DNA of 64,000 nt from Cercozoa sp. M6MM (taxonomy: Eukaryota > Protista > Endomyxa: Ascetosporea): assembly GCA_040357565.1 (NCBI GenBank), contig JBDODJ010000027.1, one strand, 5' to 3'. Positions 63,391 to 64,000 of the stretch are shown one piece after another. Within the stretch, counting starts at the first letter, position 1, and each line of letters opens with the position of its first letter. The position numbers were made by a program, and so were the translations under genes. The notes under the pieces were generated by a model. The model did not search any database. It worked only from the letters and a program-made list of their open reading frames with translations, and was not told the DNA's origin.

Positions 63391-64000
63391 ATGAAGAGTA
63401 AGTTCTGGCTTCTTTTCTGGCTGTCTGTGTGATGGAGTTTTTTTTTTTCTTTCGGTTTCGTTTCTGTGCTTTCGGAAGTTACTGGCGCAAGTTCCGCCTT
63501 GTTTTGTGGCACATCACCGCGTTTTTTTGGGGCAGAACTCATCGTCAAGAAATCACTGCGCACGCGCGGAGGACGTGCGCTGGCGACTCGCCTCATTGGC
63601 GCCGACGGCATGTTCGTACTTGACGTGCGTGCTCTTTTTGTGTCCATTGTGTGCGCGCGCGCGTGTGTGTGTTCGCAAACCTTTATGTGTTGTGCGTGCA
63701 GGAGGTAGCAGAAGTGCTGTCGGATCGCACATGGCGTAAGGATGCCATCCGCATGATGGCCAAGGTTAACTTCCTGCTCGAGGGAGACAAGCTGACGCAC
63801 TCGTTTGAGTCCGGCGGAAAGGTGGACGTTCTCGCCGTCACATTCGCGATGGCTGTGCTGCAGATCGGGGCTACAGACAAAGACGCTGGCAGTGGCACCA
63901 CCTCTGATACTGGTACGGCACACGTGCTCTACATGTCTGCATGTGCGTGGCGCATGGTATGCCTTTATGGGAACACTCTCAGACCAAGTTGACGTGATCA
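63391..64000 (+). CDS. TNFAIP8/TIPE (DUF758)-like protein, 3' truncated
   Basis: KLIVKKSLRTRGGRALATRLIGADGMFVLD..KDAIRMMAKVNFLLEGDKL parallels the TIPE pattern KKILSK..LIDDTSSEVLD..KNLIK..KL.IL. Confidence 0.45.

Noticed and set aside
1-64000. Many poly-CV/poly-TH/ER/YI ORFs in the ORF track
   Set aside because: They are translations of intronic dinucleotide microsatellites, not proteins.
1-64000. Stop-codon reassignment or readthrough to explain fragmented ORFs
   Set aside because: Conserved genes reconstruct cleanly with GT-AG introns and end in TAA (RPB5), TAG (CTU1) and TGA (GPI).

Overview
This is a gene-dense, intron-rich eukaryotic (protist-like) nuclear region, so most of the supplied ORF track consists of exon fragments or microsatellite artefacts. 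It uses the standard genetic code and has short (~45-100 nt) GT-AG introns, many carrying (GT)n/(CA)n or TACCCC-rich tracts. About 27 spliced protein genes can be reconstructed by eye. Well-supported ones are UTP4, PPIL4, CTU1, RPB5, GPI, a DUG3-like amidotransferase, a SETD7-like methyltransferase, a USP10/Ubp3-like hydrolase, an anoctamin, an S1 protease, a coactosin-like protein, DUF924, an FtsX-type permease and a CARMIL-like LRR-RhoGAP. A U4 snRNA gene lies at 33916-34074 (+). Its upstream element (TGACCCAT at -71, start gc|ATCC) recurs with identical spacing on the minus strand in front of an unannotated, highly structured ~420-nt non-coding region (44629 to ~44212). That region has a long core-enclosing helix, a U-rich linker followed by a 1.5x repeat (AACCUACAACC) and a 3' Sm site. 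It is a candidate Pol II/Sm-class telomerase RNA predicting an unusual (TTGTAGG)n telomere. Exon boundaries were parsed manually and are approximate, and the organism cannot be identified from this window.
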